Below, piece by piece: positions 60,841-64,000 of a stretch of 64,000 nt of DNA. Position 1 is the first letter of the stretch. Each line of letters begins with the position of its first letter. The notes beneath the pieces are model-generated. The model saw only the letters and a program-made list of their open reading frames with translations, searched no databases and had not been told where the DNA came from. This stretch comes from Felis catus (Eukaryota), in the NCBI RefSeq assembly GCF_018350175.1, contig NC_058368.1:219234001-219298000 (forward strand), given 5' to 3'. Made by a program: the position numbers and the translations under genes.

Positions 60841-62153
60841 AAAGAAATGGCTTACCTAAACTGTCAAATGTGAGAAATTTGGGGGTAGTGAAGAATTAAT
60901 AACACACATATGAAAGCCATTCGTAATTATTTGGAAATTCATTAAACCCTTCACATGATTATTATGTGCCCTAGAACCATAAAGTTAAAATTGCATGTAC
61001 ACATGTACAAAATTATATGCACATTATATGTATACATAGATTTTTATATGTAAATTGCTATATTTACATTATACATATATATAATTTTAAGTATACACAG
61101 AAACACACACCCCCCACACATTCATGTGTTTTAGTCAAAGCTTTAATCTGCAGATCACTCTGGGGAAAAGAATTCAAGCTGATTGACCAATGTGTCATAG
61201 TTGTTGCAAATTAACACTGACATATCTTTCTCCAGTGGAAACAATCTTTCTCTAAGGGAAAGCTGCATGAGCAGACACATAATTCCCTGACTTCTAAAGA
61301 AAACAACCAGGAAGCACTCACTAACATGGAGGATATAATAGATTAGACTTAAAAAGTGAGATTGGAAAAGATCCACAGGATATGGCTGTTGAGTTAAATG
61401 TGATATCATGAATGAGAACATGTTGGAAAAGATTTAAATTCTGATTATTGGTCTCATTCTCTATCTCAGATTAACTACTGTAGTAAAAACCTGCTAATTC
61501 ATTCTGCTAATTCATCCTGATAAAGAGAGTCCCGGACTCCAAGTCATTACTCTAGTTATTCAAGGGTCTCTAAAGCAACCATGTGAGAATTGCCACAAAT
61601 ACATGTTCCTGGAATTCCTGTGATCAAGAGAGAGGTTTTCTGCTGAACTGATGATGGCTTTATGGAGGAACAGGTCTGAATTAAAATATATAAACTGATG
61701 GATGCCTAAAAGCAGTATTAAGGAGTAAATACAAGAAGGGTGACCTGTGTCTGATTTTGCCACTTAAAATACCTTGTTTTCTTATGTTTGAAGCCGATTT
61801 CCAAATTTATTATTTTCAGCGTTAGCAGTCACACAAATAAGATAAAGAAACACTAGAAAAGTGCAGGCTTGCTGATCTTTTGCCCTAAAACACCATCTTT
61901 GAGAAACTGCTTTCGAGAGACTTTGGCATTTCAAGTTAAGGTCTTACTTAGCAGTACTGTTCTCTCTACATTGTTCCAAGAAAGTGTGGAGTTTAAGGAA
62001 ATGGAATTTTTATACCCTTTTTATCCCCTTGGCTACTGATGCACTGATATTTTGGCACTCTCGGTAAGATCACAGAGCTTTTCTGCAGTGCATTTTATTT
62101 TTAGAAAACTTCACTCGCTTTATCTGCTTCTGTCATCTTCCACACAGGTGACA

Positions 62154-62154
<1 letters not shown>

Positions 62155-62207
<53 letters not shown>
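62155..62207. repeat. (CA)n microsatellite
   Basis: Uninterrupted CA run. Confidence 0.96.
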
Positions 62208-62208
<1 letters not shown>

Positions 62209-63719
62209 GAGGAGAAAGTAGAGAAAATCCCTCCTTTTTTAGATGTACTTTTAAGGCGTTACAGAGTTTTTTCTCTTCTGTACTAAGCAAACTGAGGTTC
62301 AAAATCCTGTCCAAAGTTTCAGGAAGGCACATACTCTGACAAATAAACTTCATTACAGATATATTTAGAATGCATCATTACAACTTTGCTATTTTACTTA
62401 AATAATAATCCCTCAAAGGACCTTACTATTAATGACAATAATTAATGCTTATGTCATTTTGGTTCTTCAAATCGTATTCAATCATTTTTTTATCTTATAC
62501 TGCCTCTAATTGATACAATTTTATAGATGTGGTGAATGAATTTTTTTCATAGTGAAAGATATCAGTGAACCGTATGTGACGCTTAAATCCACTCACTTTG
62601 ATTTCCAACAATTTTGTTAGCACCCCCCTAAAAAAAAGAATATATGTTATTACGACATATATAAAACTCTTAATAAAACTTGAAACTAGTTCAGAATTAT
62701 ACTTCAAACTACCCTCCAATTTTCCCAATGGGGAAATGGAAAGAAAAAGCAGGGAAGATTTAGCAATTCAATGAATGGGAGTGGGAGGCCCTTTGCACAC
62801 AGCTTTCAGGATAACAAGGACTCTGATTCTAGACACATAGAAAATGCTTTGATACAATTTGTTAGATCAATAAAAAATGAATTAATGAATGTTTTGCACA
62901 AGGAAATTTTTGAAAAGAACAAGATTACTCCTTCAAAACTGTGGGCTCCTACCTTTGAACAATAATCTCTTGAGTATCAAGGCAGCTCTTTCTTTGATGA
63001 AATAGTTGTCAGTCTCCATCCACTAAATACCCTCTAAGTACAGCAAACCAATGTCTGGCACCACTATAGTACTATTTATCAATTATTTACATATTTTCAG
63101 TTTTTGAAAATTCCTAAAACAGCAAACAAATAAATCACATGAGTTCTTGTATCTTTCACAGAGTTCCCATTAACCTTTTACTTTTAGACAGAGTCCGTCT
63201 TATGAAGTTAGCCAAGCCGGAACTGTTAAATACATTTTACTAAATGTGCCTGTAAATATTGCACTGGGGCTTAGGAGATTCTTTTGACAGATGAGATCAC
63301 AGTATCGAATTAAGCAAGTATGCTGTATTTAACACCACTTTAACAAGTATTGTACCTTGAAATCAATTTTCTATTTCATGACCTGGACCCTTGAAAGTTG
63401 GCCGTAGAAAGTAGTTAAGATGCACATTTCTTTATGTTCACTATGAGGCTTTATTTCCACTAAAGAGACATCTGATGTGAAATTGTTTCTCAGAGAGTAC
63501 CTAATACAAGAATGACACAACTCAAAGCGTTCGTTTGTTTGTTTGTTTGTTTCAGATAGGATACTCTGTTGAAAGAGGAATGTGATTTTAGATAACTCAG
63601 CATTAAAGTGGTTTAAGGGAATATTGAGTTCAAAATGCCTTCGAGATGACTACCAGAATATGTTTATGTATAAACATTTAGAAATGATGCTCAGAACCAC
63701 AGGCAGATATGCTTGAGCA

Positions 63720-64000
63720 AAAAAAAAATCACTACCTCTGCCATGACTATCACAGGTCACTCGGGTGCGCTGCTCCCAGGATTGTGACTTGCTTTGTATT
63801 CTGTGATGCTATCAGTGTTCACACCACTGCTGCTACCTGAGGAACCCAGTGATGCAATCATTGATTTCTGCATTATGGACAAACTTCTACAGCTACCTTT
63901 GTTGACAACGTTGGTTCACATAGAGGCACCTCCCCCGAGATGCTCATGTTGGAACTGAATCTTCACCTGAGTGAATCTGATTGGTGAAGCCTAGACCATG
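63720..64000 (-). mobile_element. Possible old MLT1-type LTR fragment running off the window
   Basis: 'tgaatctgattggtgaagcctagaccatg' resembles antisense MLT1J-L sequence. Confidence 0.4.

Overview
AT-rich, CpG-poor mammalian DNA from a carnivore, most likely a felid: it holds 22 tRNA-Lys-derived Can-SINEs, several of the feliform SINEC_Fc type. I can support no host protein-coding exon, RNA gene or CRISPR array, so the window looks intergenic or deep intronic. The longer ORFs I could trace come from repeats or chance. The window is a layered transposon record: L2, MIR, MER5A/MER58A/MER82 DNA transposons, MLT1/MLT2/MER21/LTR33-like LTRs, old and carnivore-age L1s, and SINEs with target-site duplications (TSDs). 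The most informative structures are: (i) a heavily decayed, LTR-less class I endogenous retrovirus on the minus strand (~51.2-54.6 kb) with readable gag, protease, RT, integrase C-terminus and env-TM motifs; (ii) an internally deleted ERVL provirus with an MLT2 5' LTR, a gag-to-integrase junction and a dUTPase remnant (13.0-15.2 kb); (iii) two same-family solo LTRs 53 kb apart; (iv) a twin-primed (5'-inverted) L1 nested in an older L1; (v) a very young SINE; and (vi) a perfect 54-bp AT palindrome. Family names come from recalled consensus sequences, not a database search. Boundaries of old elements are approximate. I found no evidence of a novel functional system.
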